This document shows, piece by piece, positions 52,821-64,000 of a DNA stretch of 64,000 nucleotides. Made by a program: the position numbers and the translations under genes. The stretch covers positions 103,354,001-103,418,000 of the forward strand of contig OX597818.1 of the NCBI GenBank assembly GCA_951406725.2, read 5' to 3'. The DNA is from Octopus vulgaris (lineage: Eukaryota). Under the pieces are notes generated by a model. The model saw only the letters and a list, made by a program, of their open reading frames with translations, ran no database searches and was not told the DNA's origin. Numbering within the stretch: the stretch's first letter is position 1; every line of letters begins with the position of its first letter.

Positions 52821-54194
52821 ATGTAATTACATTTATCCTATTAGATTTTTCAATGACATTAACAATCTTATTTACTGTTTCTTATTTTCGAGGTATTTCA
52901 CAATATCATTTATGTTTTGTTTGCTCACCTTACTGGCATATATACCACATGAACCTTTAGTTATCTTTTCTTCACCGAAAAAAGAAAATGGAATCAAACA
53001 GGAAAAAAATGTTATCAAGTAAAAAATATAACAGGAAGACAATCGAAATTTGTGGACTTTTTTTATCAGTTTATTTTTTCTTATAAATAACATGTGCCTC
53101 CTAAGTTTTCATTAGTTCCAAAGTTATTCTAACGATGTCTACATTTAAAATTATTAGTGTGACATGCGAGATCATATTCTTACGAAGATGATATTAAAGT
53201 AACGTAACACAATTTAAGATAGCTGTAAAGAAATACATAGTACCGAATAAACTTGTAGAGAAGTGACAATTAACCAAAAGCAAAGTATTGAAATAGGTAA
53301 CGATTCCACGTAATCAGCTATAATAGAATTGAACCTAAATGCGTTTCTCAAAAGCAACGTAAATCTATATTTTTGATCTTGCTTACGGAAGGAAATACAC
53401 ACCTTCCAAATATACATACAAATACCCAGATATACCTAAAGGGTACATACGCATGCACAAACATAAATCAGTCTTAGGATAAATAGGTACATAGGTGTAC
53501 ATATATAGAATAATAATTATATTTATAATCTCTTCAGAAAGGGTAATTTCATTGTAAAATTTACTTAGAATTTTTACAAATATCAAACCAATCAATTTTA
53601 TTCACTAGAAATTTAATTCGAAATATCTTTAGTAATAGATAAATAAAGAGAATTGAATTATCTCGTAATGCGATTTAATCGAAATTAATCACGTAATTAT
53701 ATATTGAATATATCGCTCTGCAGGTGTTGTACGATGCTATGCATATATGTGCGTATGTAATCAGAGAATATTTAGTTATCGGTGACACTGTCCTTCTAAC
53801 TCGAGGGTTATTAATTACTCTGTTTTACGAATCAATATCCACAAAGTGTATTAAATTCCCACACACATCAACACGAATCAAAAAATATACGTCGGAAATG
53901 AAACAAAAAGCTAATAATACAATATTCTTTGTATTCTCCAGATAACCTATGCATCTCATAAAGATAGTCACGAGAGATATTTTCCTATACGTATGATGTG
54001 TTATCAGTAACTGAAACAAACAGAAGTGTAGTATAGTTATGTAAGCAAACATTAAAATAAAACTTTAAGATACTTACTTGTATCATTCCCTAGAATAACA
54101 AATTGTACAAATTGTGACAACAAAATACATTTACAATTAAATGTGAGGCTCAAAAGGGAGATAACAAACAAGGTTTACAAATACATAGGCATGA

Positions 54195-54259
<65 letters not shown>

Positions 54260-54335
54260 TATATACATACATATACATACATATATATATATATGCATAT
54301 TCAGTGTCAATGTATAAATGAATATATACACATGT

Positions 54336-54740
54336 ATCATCATCATCATTGTCCGACCGTGGTCGAAACAATGGAATTTACCATGCTACGCCAGACTTCA
54401 CGGTCCATCATGGCATTACGGAGGTCCTGTTGCTGGATGCCTGTATCCCTGGAGATTACATCAGGGTAGGAGAGTGTGCGCCCTCTGGTATTGCGAGTAG
54501 ATGGCTTCAGAGGAGAAGAGTGGAAATTACTTCTTTTTCAGCTCTACAACAATGTCCAGCAAACTGGACTCTCCTACCTTTCACAAGAGATGACACAGGT
54601 GGTAGTTTCCCATATATTTGCATTTTGGTTGGATGGCGCTTCCACGAGAGATTTTGAGCTCTCCTAAGGAGGCGAGTGTAGGTTCCATCCAACCGCCTCT
54701 CAAGCTTCTTTGATAACGTCCAGGTTTCTGAGCCATATAG
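54336..54740 (-). mobile_element. RTE-clade (RTE/RTE-X) LINE 3' fragment with (TGA)n tail
   Basis: Translates LYGSETWTLSKKLERRLDGTYTRLLRRAQNLSW...FAGHCCR...AMMDREVWR, the typical RTE ORF C-terminus, then (GAT)n. Confidence 0.85.
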
Positions 54741-56056
54741 TATACACATGTATACATACATACATAAATACATATATATATATATGTGTGTGCGTGCGCG
54801 CGTCTGTGTGTGTTTATGCATTACATGTATGCGTACAAATTTGGTAAATAACTATCTTAGTACCAATCAAACTATTGCACCCATAATTACGTATAAATTT
54901 ACATGCTTTTGATATAAATGTATATATGTACATATCTGTACACATACATACACATAAAAATAAATGCATACTAAATAACATACACAGATACAGACACGCA
55001 TATACATACATGCATACATGCATACAGACATACGTATATATATACATAAATGCATACAAACATACATATATACATATATATATATACATACATACCCAGG
55101 ACTATCGAAAAGAGAATACCTACGCTTAACTATAGAGAAATCTAGAATTACTCCACTCAGATTACAATTTCAGGTACATATCTGTTATTATCTGGTCACA
55201 AGATATGTAGCGCAATGCCGGAGTACTAATTTTGAGAAAGTAAGATTCTCAAAACCAGAAAGGAAAAACCTGATTTGAAGACTACATATCTGAGCTATCA
55301 CCAGAACTGCAAAATTCTGTAAAAAACAATTCAGTAAAACTTTGCAGAAGTTCATTTTTAAGTATTTTTAAGTAAGAATATAAAGGGATATATACGTATT
55401 TACACATATTTGATGTATGGCAGTAGACTGCTCATGAGTTTCCCCGCCTTTTGACGGGTCTTATTTGTTATCATCTAGGGTGCACATGTGCACATGTAAA
55501 ACATGGGACTATATACATGACAATACATAGATAAAACAAAACATACAAATCTGCACATACACCGACTCCAAATTCTACACATTTATAAACATACATACCC
55601 TGTTGTTGAAATTTCAATGAAGGATCTAGATTAGAAATCTTGGATTTAGATTAGAAACCGACCCTGTCGGGGCTGACTAGGAATCTGGAAGTAAAACATA
55701 ATAATGACATACATTCATGCATACATAGACGCATTCATGCATACATGGATAGTACATACATACAAATATAAAATACTACCCATTATGGGTACCGTTTTCG
55801 TATTGTATAACTAACCTAGTTGAATGATTCAGTTTTTCTTCTCGAAATATGGTCAGAACAGTTGAAAAAGGAATGCTACCTTTAAATAATTTGGAATACG
55901 TAAGAGGATGATTAGTGTGAATAACTGCTGCTACAATTGCTGAAAATCTGAAATAAAATAATATAGACATTGTATGCTATTGAAACATGTATCTACAAAG
56001 AAAATGTAAATGTAGATGGAGTAGGTAACAGAGAAAGAAAGGAGCTCATGTTTGTA

Positions 56057-56519
56057 TACGGTAAATCTTCGTGTATAATCCGCCCTTGAGTATAATACGC
56101 AGGGGATTTTTAGGGGGCTATACCTCTGAAAAACCTTGTGTATAATACGCACTCCTTCTCTAACTTCAGTCGTGCCTAATTAAGCCAGCAGCAATTAGAC
56201 GAACAAACACTTCCACGCATGCGTAATACAGTAATGGTGATGTTCTGAATGTTCGGAATGCTTTTATTTTAATGAATATTGCTTACTGCAAGTTGTGGAT
56301 GATCCTTTTATGAGTTCATTGCTTTCAGGCTTAGCTTAAAGTATTTTCGCACCCGACATCACAAAATGCGTCTGAATAGACATTGCCGGACAGCAAATCG
56401 AGACTCGGACATTGGTTAGAAAATAATTTTCATTTTAAACCTCGTATATAGTACGCACTAGAGATTTTGACACTGAATTTTGGGAAAAAAATGCGGATTA
56501 TACGCAAGGACGTACGGTA
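56057..56519. mobile_element. TA-flanked MITE with ~27-bp TIRs and subterminal GTATAATACGCA repeats
   Basis: Left TACGGTAAATCTTCGTGTATAATCCGC vs right reverse complement TACCGTACGTCCTTGCGTATAATCCGC. Confidence 0.7.
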
Positions 56520-57708
56520 TGTGTTCGTATGTGTGTGTGATTATCGGTGTGCGTTTGTGTGTGTGTGTGTGTGCCCACATGTGTGTGTGTTGTTGTTGCA
56601 CAAGTGCGTAAGTGTTAGACTGAGCAAAATCACCTCCCGATACACACATTTACGCATTCAAGGATAGTTAAAGAACCTTATTGGAAATCTTTGAACATTA
56701 AATGGAGGTAACTGAATTTCTCTTGCTTGAAATTGAAGTCTAATTAATGAATCTAGAAAAGGGATAAGAATTGCTTTCATCTGCTGGGATTTTTATACAA
56801 CCACGAATAGCATTAATAGGAAACCTGTGTATGTGTTTGTGCCTGAGTGTATGTGTGTGCGTAGAAATATAAAGGGAATATATAAGAAAGGAGAGAGGCT
56901 ACAATTAGGCATAGCATGCCAAAGGAATAAACGGAAGAGAATATCACGTTTCGGTTTGGATGTTTTATCAAATGAAAGAAAGGGGGATAGAAAATAATTT
57001 CTTAGGAAATTAATACGAAGAAAGCATGAAACAAAAGAATGTATCTGGTCACATGAACACAACAAGGGATGAAAGGCAAATATTAAATGTCACGTTGCTG
57101 ATACGTTATATATACAGAATATGCAGGAGAGCATAAATATCAATTATCTAACAAGCATTCGTTTCTTCGTTAGGAATCAGTTAACCCCTTCTGGAAATAA
57201 TTTTAGGAGATAAAATAAATAAAGAGAATGTTGGTTGCATGTATATACATATATACAGTCATGTGTGCGCGCATGTTTCTGTGCATACTTCTGTATGTAT
57301 GTACATATCAATCCATCTGTCTGCAAATTCATATATGTATAGATAACTTACTTGAAAATGGATGCGTGGCGTTTGATCATATGATAATGTAAATATATGC
57401 ATATATACATAGATATATGTACATAACTATATATGTATGTATATATAGACGGATATATAGATACAGGACATCAAGAAAACAGAACGTCAACAAAATAAGA
57501 AAGGAGAACACTCATATATACATATGCGTATCTATAATCGCATATATGTATGTATGTTTGTATGTATATATATATGCATACATACATACATATACATATA
57601 TATATATATGTATATATTAATACATATATATTTTATACATATAAATATATACATAAATAAATATATATTTGCACATATTTATATATATACATATACATAT
57701 ATACATAT

Positions 57709-57770
<62 letters not shown>

Positions 57771-57919
57771 ATGTATGTATATTATTTTAATAATTTTTAT
57801 ATATTTATTTTATTGTAAATGCAAAAGAACACCGCGGAGGAATCGGCGATAGGTGAACTGCGATAGATGAATCACGATATAATGAGGGATTATTGTGAAT
57901 ATATATATATATACGTGCG

Positions 57920-58400
57920 TGTGGGGGGATGGGGGGATGAGAAGGATAGGGTAGGTGGGGTTGGAAAGTGTAGGGGTGGGGTGGGCATACGAGAGAAGGC
58001 TGACGATAAAGGGAGAAGAAGGTAGGTAGGAGTGAAGATGAAAGAGAAGGAGTTTACGAGTGAAGAGAAGTAGGTGTCAGAGCATGAGAATAGATGTGAG
58101 TGAGATGAAGTAGGTGTGAGGGGGAGAGAGGCGAGGGGAGGTAGTTAAATGAAGAGAGGAGGAGAGTTGAGCCCATGTGGCGCAAAGGAGCGAAGAGATG
58201 TTCGAATAGGCAATACGCACTAGAAGCAACTTAGTCTAAAGCAAGACCCATCATCTACAACTATAGTAAATGCAAGACATTGCACACAATGTGAATAACA
58301 AATTATATTATTCTTGCATACTTTATGAAATACAAAAACAGTTTCGGTTTGAGAAACATCTGCAAGAGATTTCCAGGCATTAACTTGTTTTACTGATTAC
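57920..58400 (-). mobile_element. Penelope-like element C-terminal remnant with pyrimidine-rich 3' region
   Basis: Minus strand 58198-58166 translates SLRSFAPHGLN, resembling the PLE GIY-YIG C-terminal LxTxxPxGLN, followed by a CT-rich tract. Confidence 0.4.
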
Positions 58401-58469
58401 ATGATTTCCTGTAATGTTGTCATATGTAGTCTTTGTTAAAAAAAGTATATATATATATATATATATATA

Positions 58470-58506
<37 letters not shown>

Positions 58507-58592
58507 AGAGTTTACGAAAAAAACAAAAGACGAAGACAGGTGGTGTACAAAACAACAGATGTATTAGTGTAACGCTCAGGAATAGAAAAAGT

Positions 58593-58628
58593 CTTTTACG
58601 TTTCGAGCCTACGCTCTTCTACAGAAAG
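58593..58628 (-). ncRNA. Minimal hammerhead variant (CUGU core, extra A after A9)
   Basis: Reverse complement cttt-CTGTAGA-A-gagc-gtag-gctc-GAAACGTA-aaag: stem I cttt/aaag, stem II gagc/gctc, palindromic ACGT stem III and GUA site. Confidence 0.6.
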
Positions 58629-58699
58629 GAACACAGAAAAAACAAGGAGAGAAACAAGGAGAGGAAAAATGTGTGTAGTGGCTAACGATCTATCATTGC

Positions 58700-58789
<90 letters not shown>

Positions 58790-58792
<3 letters not shown>

Positions 58793-59210
58793 CTGTTTTA
58801 CTCTTTTACTTGTTTTAGTCATTTGACTGCGGCCATGCTGGAGCACCGCCTTTAGTCGAGCAAATCGACCCCAGGTCTTATTCTTTCTAAGCCTAGTACT
58901 TATTCTACCGGTATCTTTTGCAGAACTGCTAGGGTACAGGGACGTAAACACACCACCATCGGTTGTCAAGCGATGTTTGGGGACAAACACAGATAAACAT
59001 ACACAACGACAAACATACACACATATATATATATATATGCATATATACGACACGCTTCTTTCAGTTTCCCTCTACCAAATCCACTCACCTGGGTTTGGCC
59101 GGCCAGACGCTGTAGTAGAAGACACTTGCCCAAGGTACGACGCAGTAGGACTCAACACAGAGCAATGTTGTTCGTAAGCAAGCTCCTAACTACACACACA
59201 CACCGCTACG

Positions 59211-59215
<5 letters not shown>
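58790..59215 (-). mobile_element. SINE family 2, full-length with LINE-like tail
   Basis: Reverse-complement tail AAAGGCGGTGCTCCAGCATGGCCGCAGTCAAATGACTAAAACAAGTAAAAGAG. Confidence 0.85.
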
Positions 59216-59301
<86 letters not shown>

Positions 59302-60649
59302 TTTTGTACACAAATACCTATGCATTTAAACACGCATACCTATACGCAATGCAAGAATTCATAACTATATAAACACATCTAGGAAGAAGATTAAGAATTG
59401 TTAGTATCGTACATGACTTTTATCGAACCCCACCATAAATTTTTATATTTAACATATACATTTTCTTGTCACAATGTAAAGACACGACTCCATATAACCC
59501 TGATAAAGTGCTCACTCTGATATCACCAATGTATATTTTGTGTAATTTTTCAAACGATATCTTTTATAAGTTCTAATTCCAAAAGCGGGGAGGAAAATAA
59601 ACAAATATAACAGATATTAATCTTGCGTTGGCTTGATATATACAAGACGAAACATGACAATTGGTACCCTTTAAATATTCCTTACCATGTTTCTGTAAAG
59701 TGTTTTCTCTAATCATATTTTGAAGTGAGTAAAAAGTACTCGTACTCAAAAATGACAAAAAACAAATTAATATAGCTATACGTCTTGATTACATTGCCAC
59801 TCAGTCTTAATATATAGTTCATTATATCTAAGCAAGAATAATGAAAGCTGAAATAGTCTTCAGCAGAATTTGAATTCACAACGTAAGGTCGTAAAAAGTG
59901 CTGCTAATGATTTTAAATTCTGCCACGACACGGATCTAGCAACAGATGCAGCAGCAGCAGCAACAACAACAACGGCAACAAAAACAACAATTCTTTCTAT
60001 CGAAAGCAAAAGGGCTGAAAGTTTGAATGAATGGCTAGTCGATTGCCTCAGGATTTGTTCGTTTGATCATGAAAGGATGGCGTACAAAATCGACATCTGT
60101 GAAGTGTGGAGTGTGAATTCATAAAATAAAGAAGGATGATTCTGTCAGCTTCCTGCAATACCAGGAAATGGAAATGCCCTGATGCGGTATCAAGCTGTGG
60201 CTCTCATGGCTTCTGATCTTAATCGATTGGAAATGTTAATATGTACATGATGGTTGTTGGTGTAAAAGATGGGCTGCTGCAAATATCCTGCTCAATATCA
60301 TAGACTTGCTTGTCAGTTGCTTGATCTTAACTAGTTGAGCATGTCCTCTACTGGCTGACGATATGTGTATCACTGATTACATGCAGAAGTAGTGGTAGAG
60401 CATCAATGATCTGATGCAGGACCAGACAGTAGCTTCCATGGCTTTTGATCTTAACTGATTGGAGGTGTTATCATGTATATTCTTTTGTTCTGGTATAAAA
60501 GATGGGCTACAGCAAATATCCTGCTCAATTTCACAGATTTGCTTGTCAGGTGCTTGATGTTAACCAATTGAACATGTCCCTTAGTGGCTGACAATCCATG
60601 CATCTCTGATCACGAGCAGAAATAGTGGCAGAACTCATCAGAGGATATG

Positions 60650-61055
60650 ACATTGCCCAAACTGTTAGTGGCCCCTCCACCATCTCACCGGCCCAATATT
60701 TTCTCCACCTGATGTTGGCTGGTCAACGAAGTGGCTTCTTTCTTGCTCTTCTGCCATAATAGCCAAGTTTGTGAAGATACCTGATAGTTATTATTTAACT
60801 GACCTCAACTTGTTCTGCTACGTCAGAGGCCTTTCAACGAGGATAATCCTCCACACTTACTCCTAGCGAAAATAATGGTTCTGTCTGAGGTCTCTGGTTG
60901 ATGTGGGCGAGATAACATGGAACCCAATCACTCTATTAACTGTAAAAAGCGGGATCCCAAGAATTTCTGCGATTTTACGTTGAGTAAGTCCACCTTCAGA
61001 ATGACACAAAATACGGCCTCTTTGAAATTCAGATAGTTCCAAGGCTCTTTTTTTC
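60650..61055 (-). pseudogene. Tc1-like transposase N-terminal remnant
   Basis: Minus strand near 60690-60775 reads LHKLGYYGRRARKKPLR*PANIRWRKYWA, matching the Tc1 linker (GxxxRxARKKPLL...RxxWA). Confidence 0.6.
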
Positions 61056-61625
61056 TGTATGGCATAATTAAATAGTCACACATAGAACCTAAAACATGAA
61101 AATATTACGTAATCTAAAATATCAACCTTTACAATTAGAATAAGTATAAAGTGATGTTTTATGGTCTATTTATTTACTTCTGTCATTTCTGTGTATAGCT
61201 CGCGTGTGTGTGTATGCATGGGCGTGTTTTCGTCTGCCCGTCAGTGTTTGTCTGTGCATCCGTACACTCTTGTTAGTATAAATTTGAGTTGATCTTTGAA
61301 ACAACAGTAAGTTAATAATAGGAAAGGACAACAATTAATATTCTGAGACGCAAACGAAGCTGGTTTTTTTACTTCCGATTTCTGCGATATTCGCTAGTGA
61401 CAGAAACAATATTGCAATTATATTTTCTGAATATAATAGCGTTCTGGAAACATTATATGGAACTTTGTTTGAAATATCCTACTATGAGAAGTAAACATCA
61501 GAAAATAAGTAAATATAAAAAAAAAACATGAATCAAGAAAGGACAAACATTTGTTCGTTGATTGTAAGTTTGTATTGTTTTATTTGATTGTAGCTAATAA
61601 TCAAACACACTTTTACAAAACATTC

Positions 61626-61659
<34 letters not shown>

Positions 61660-61743
61660 GCATATATGTTTGTACATTATACATGGATACACAAACACGC
61701 TCAAACTCACACAGACACATACACACACACACACAAACACGCA

Positions 61744-61817
<74 letters not shown>

Positions 61818-62037
61818 CTTATACATGTATATGCGTTGATATGCATGCGTGTGAGCGCACATATGCGTTTATGCGTAAGTATTTTGCCTGCTGGGTTTGT
61901 ATATACAAATGTATGTACACGTGTTGTCATGCATAATACATACATACATACATACATATATACTTGCTATCAGGGATACAGAAATTCAAACATGTATATT
62001 TGGATGACGAGTTAGCCAATATTTGTGTGTGTGTGTG

Positions 62038-62083
<46 letters not shown>

Positions 62084-62925
62084 ATACACCAGAAAGAGGA
62101 GGAAATATAAATGGAGAAGTCATCACATATTTTCTTGTTCACAATTAAATTGTGAAATGAAAATATAGAACTTGATGTCATTAACGCATTTTTTCTTTAC
62201 ATTGTTGATTACAATAAAATGCATTATATTATTTTTGTTGAGATTTTTCCTGTTGAAACTTTTGCTATATTTCTAGGAATACTTTATTTAGAAATGGCAG
62301 GTGAAATATTCATGTTTTGTAACATGTGAACATTTATATTTACTAATTTAATTTCACACCATCACATCGGCTAAAACCTTGACATCTAAACATATTTGAT
62401 GGCGTTACAACAAGACCAAAGTAGATGAAAAGTTTTTGCTTGCCTTCTAAAATATTGAAGAACAAGTATAAATCATTGGCAACCACAGTTTTGATTTGGG
62501 AGGTGATACTTCTATGAGTATGTTTGAAAATTTATTAACATTGAAGAGGCTAATAACTTACTCGCCCGCCATTTTTGATGGGTCAATATATCAGAAGAGT
62601 TTTTCATTGTACAGTCATAACTGAATGTGCTAACATTTGCAGGCTCACACGTCAATAGCGAGATTTCAATCGTTATATCTTTATTAAATGTTTCGTCTCT
62701 CAATATGTTTCATATTTACTATATTTCCGCTTGTATCTCATATTTTCCTCTTTTCCTCATCGTAATTCTCTTTAAAATGTATTACATTACAATAATGAGG
62801 AAATTTTATGGGAATGCCATATGAGAATTATACACAGATGCATGCAGATGAATGTGTCTGTGCCCTTCCTGAGTTTTCGCATATATAGATGCATGCATAC
62901 ATACATACATACATATATGTATATT

Positions 62926-62978
<53 letters not shown>

Positions 62979-63856
62979 GGAACGGGAAGGTTTACGAAAA
63001 TAAACAAAAGACGAAGGCAGGTGGAGTGCAAACAAAAAATGTATTAGTATGTCGCTCAGGAATAGAAATAAATCAAGTCTTTTTGTTTTTGTTTTTAGAA
63101 ATTTCACCACCAGTGGCCTAGCATATGTATAAAGTGAATAGACAACATGTTCTCAATATGAAATAGTGTGCATTTAAGCACAAAAGGAAACTGCCTTTAA
63201 CAGGCAGTTTTTATACGCTAGAAGAAGCAGTCAAAACGATCAAACCAGATTTAAGAGTAATTTTCAAAAGGAATGAAAAATAAAAACTGTTGCCTTGTTA
63301 TTTTTTTCCGGTCAGACATAGGTTTCTAAATTAATTTTTTTAGCAAATAAAGTAATTTGCTAGGCGAATTTTTCATCAGTGACCGCGCCATGACGTTAAC
63401 ATATAATTAAGAGATAATTAACACCTGTCTCTTTGTTATACATTATAACTTTTCAAATTAACTGCGCATGTGCAGTTTCATTCGGTAGCAAAATTAATAA
63501 CTGCCGCATTGATCATTTAAAAATTACTAAAAACATATACGTAAAATATATAGGGTAGTGAGTTTTTTTTACAAATTTCACCACCAATGACCTAGAATGT
63601 ATAAAAAAGTCAATAGACAGCATTTCTTCAATATAAAATTGTGTACATTTAAACAGAAGAGAAATTGCCTTTTAAAAAAATTTAGAAACCTAGGTCTGAC
63701 CGGAATAAGATGAAAGGTAAAAGTTATTATTTTTCATCCTTTTGAAGATTGCTCTTACATGTTGCCTAGGTCGTTTTGACTACTTCTTCTAGCGTGTTGA
63801 AGGTAGTTTTCTCTTGTGTTTAAATGTACACTATATATATATATATATATATATAA

Positions 63857-63894
<38 letters not shown>

Positions 63895-63897
<3 letters not shown>

Positions 63898-63941
63898 GGT
63901 GCCCCAGCATGGCCACAGCTCATGAGCTGAAACTAGAATCA

Positions 63942-63944
<3 letters not shown>
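63895..63944 (+). mobile_element. Extremely 5'-truncated copy (3' tail only) of the same LINE, in (TA)n
   Basis: GGCGGTGCCCCAGCATGGCCACAGCTCATGAGCTGAAACTAGAATCAATC is nearly identical to the reverse complement of the LINE 3' end (~45145-45197). Confidence 0.85.
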
Positions 63945-63988
<44 letters not shown>

Positions 63989-64000
63989 CATGGATTCTCC

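Noticed and set aside
60380-60430. Hammerhead at the junction of the 232-bp dimer (CTGATGC..., GAAG/GAAA)
   Set aside because: The core reads CUGAUGC and no stem II can form.

Overview
This is AT-rich eukaryotic non-coding (intergenic or intronic) DNA. It is dense in microsatellites ((TA)n, (CA)n, (TAGA)n, (ATT)n, (GA)n) and has one 100-N assembly gap. The SINE families and microsatellite landscape resemble coleoid cephalopod (Octopus-like) genomes as I recall them; this is inference, not a search result. I found no convincing host gene, and nearly all ORF-track entries are microsatellite artefacts. The identifiable content is mobile DNA: a 5'-truncated CR1-group LINE with an open RT frame (45124-46855, minus), RTE-type and Dong/R4-type LINE remnants, two mariner and one Tc1 transposase pseudogenes, several TA-flanked MITEs and at least four tRNA-derived SINE families. 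Four signals stand out. (1) Several families of short non-coding elements in (TA)n carry minimal hammerhead-ribozyme motifs with palindromic stem III, the type known from Penelope-like elements; they include a recurrent CUGU core variant, inverted-repeat arrangements and one copy ending at the predicted cleavage site. (2) A TSD-bracketed ~1.7 kb ORF1-only zinc-knuckle retroelement sits inside the tRNA head of a SINE. (3) A SINE and the LINE share a 3' tail with a sequence-divergent but structurally conserved hairpin. (4) A ~1.17 kb element has 290-bp direct repeats around a non-coding core. Coordinates were read by eye and boundaries are approximate.
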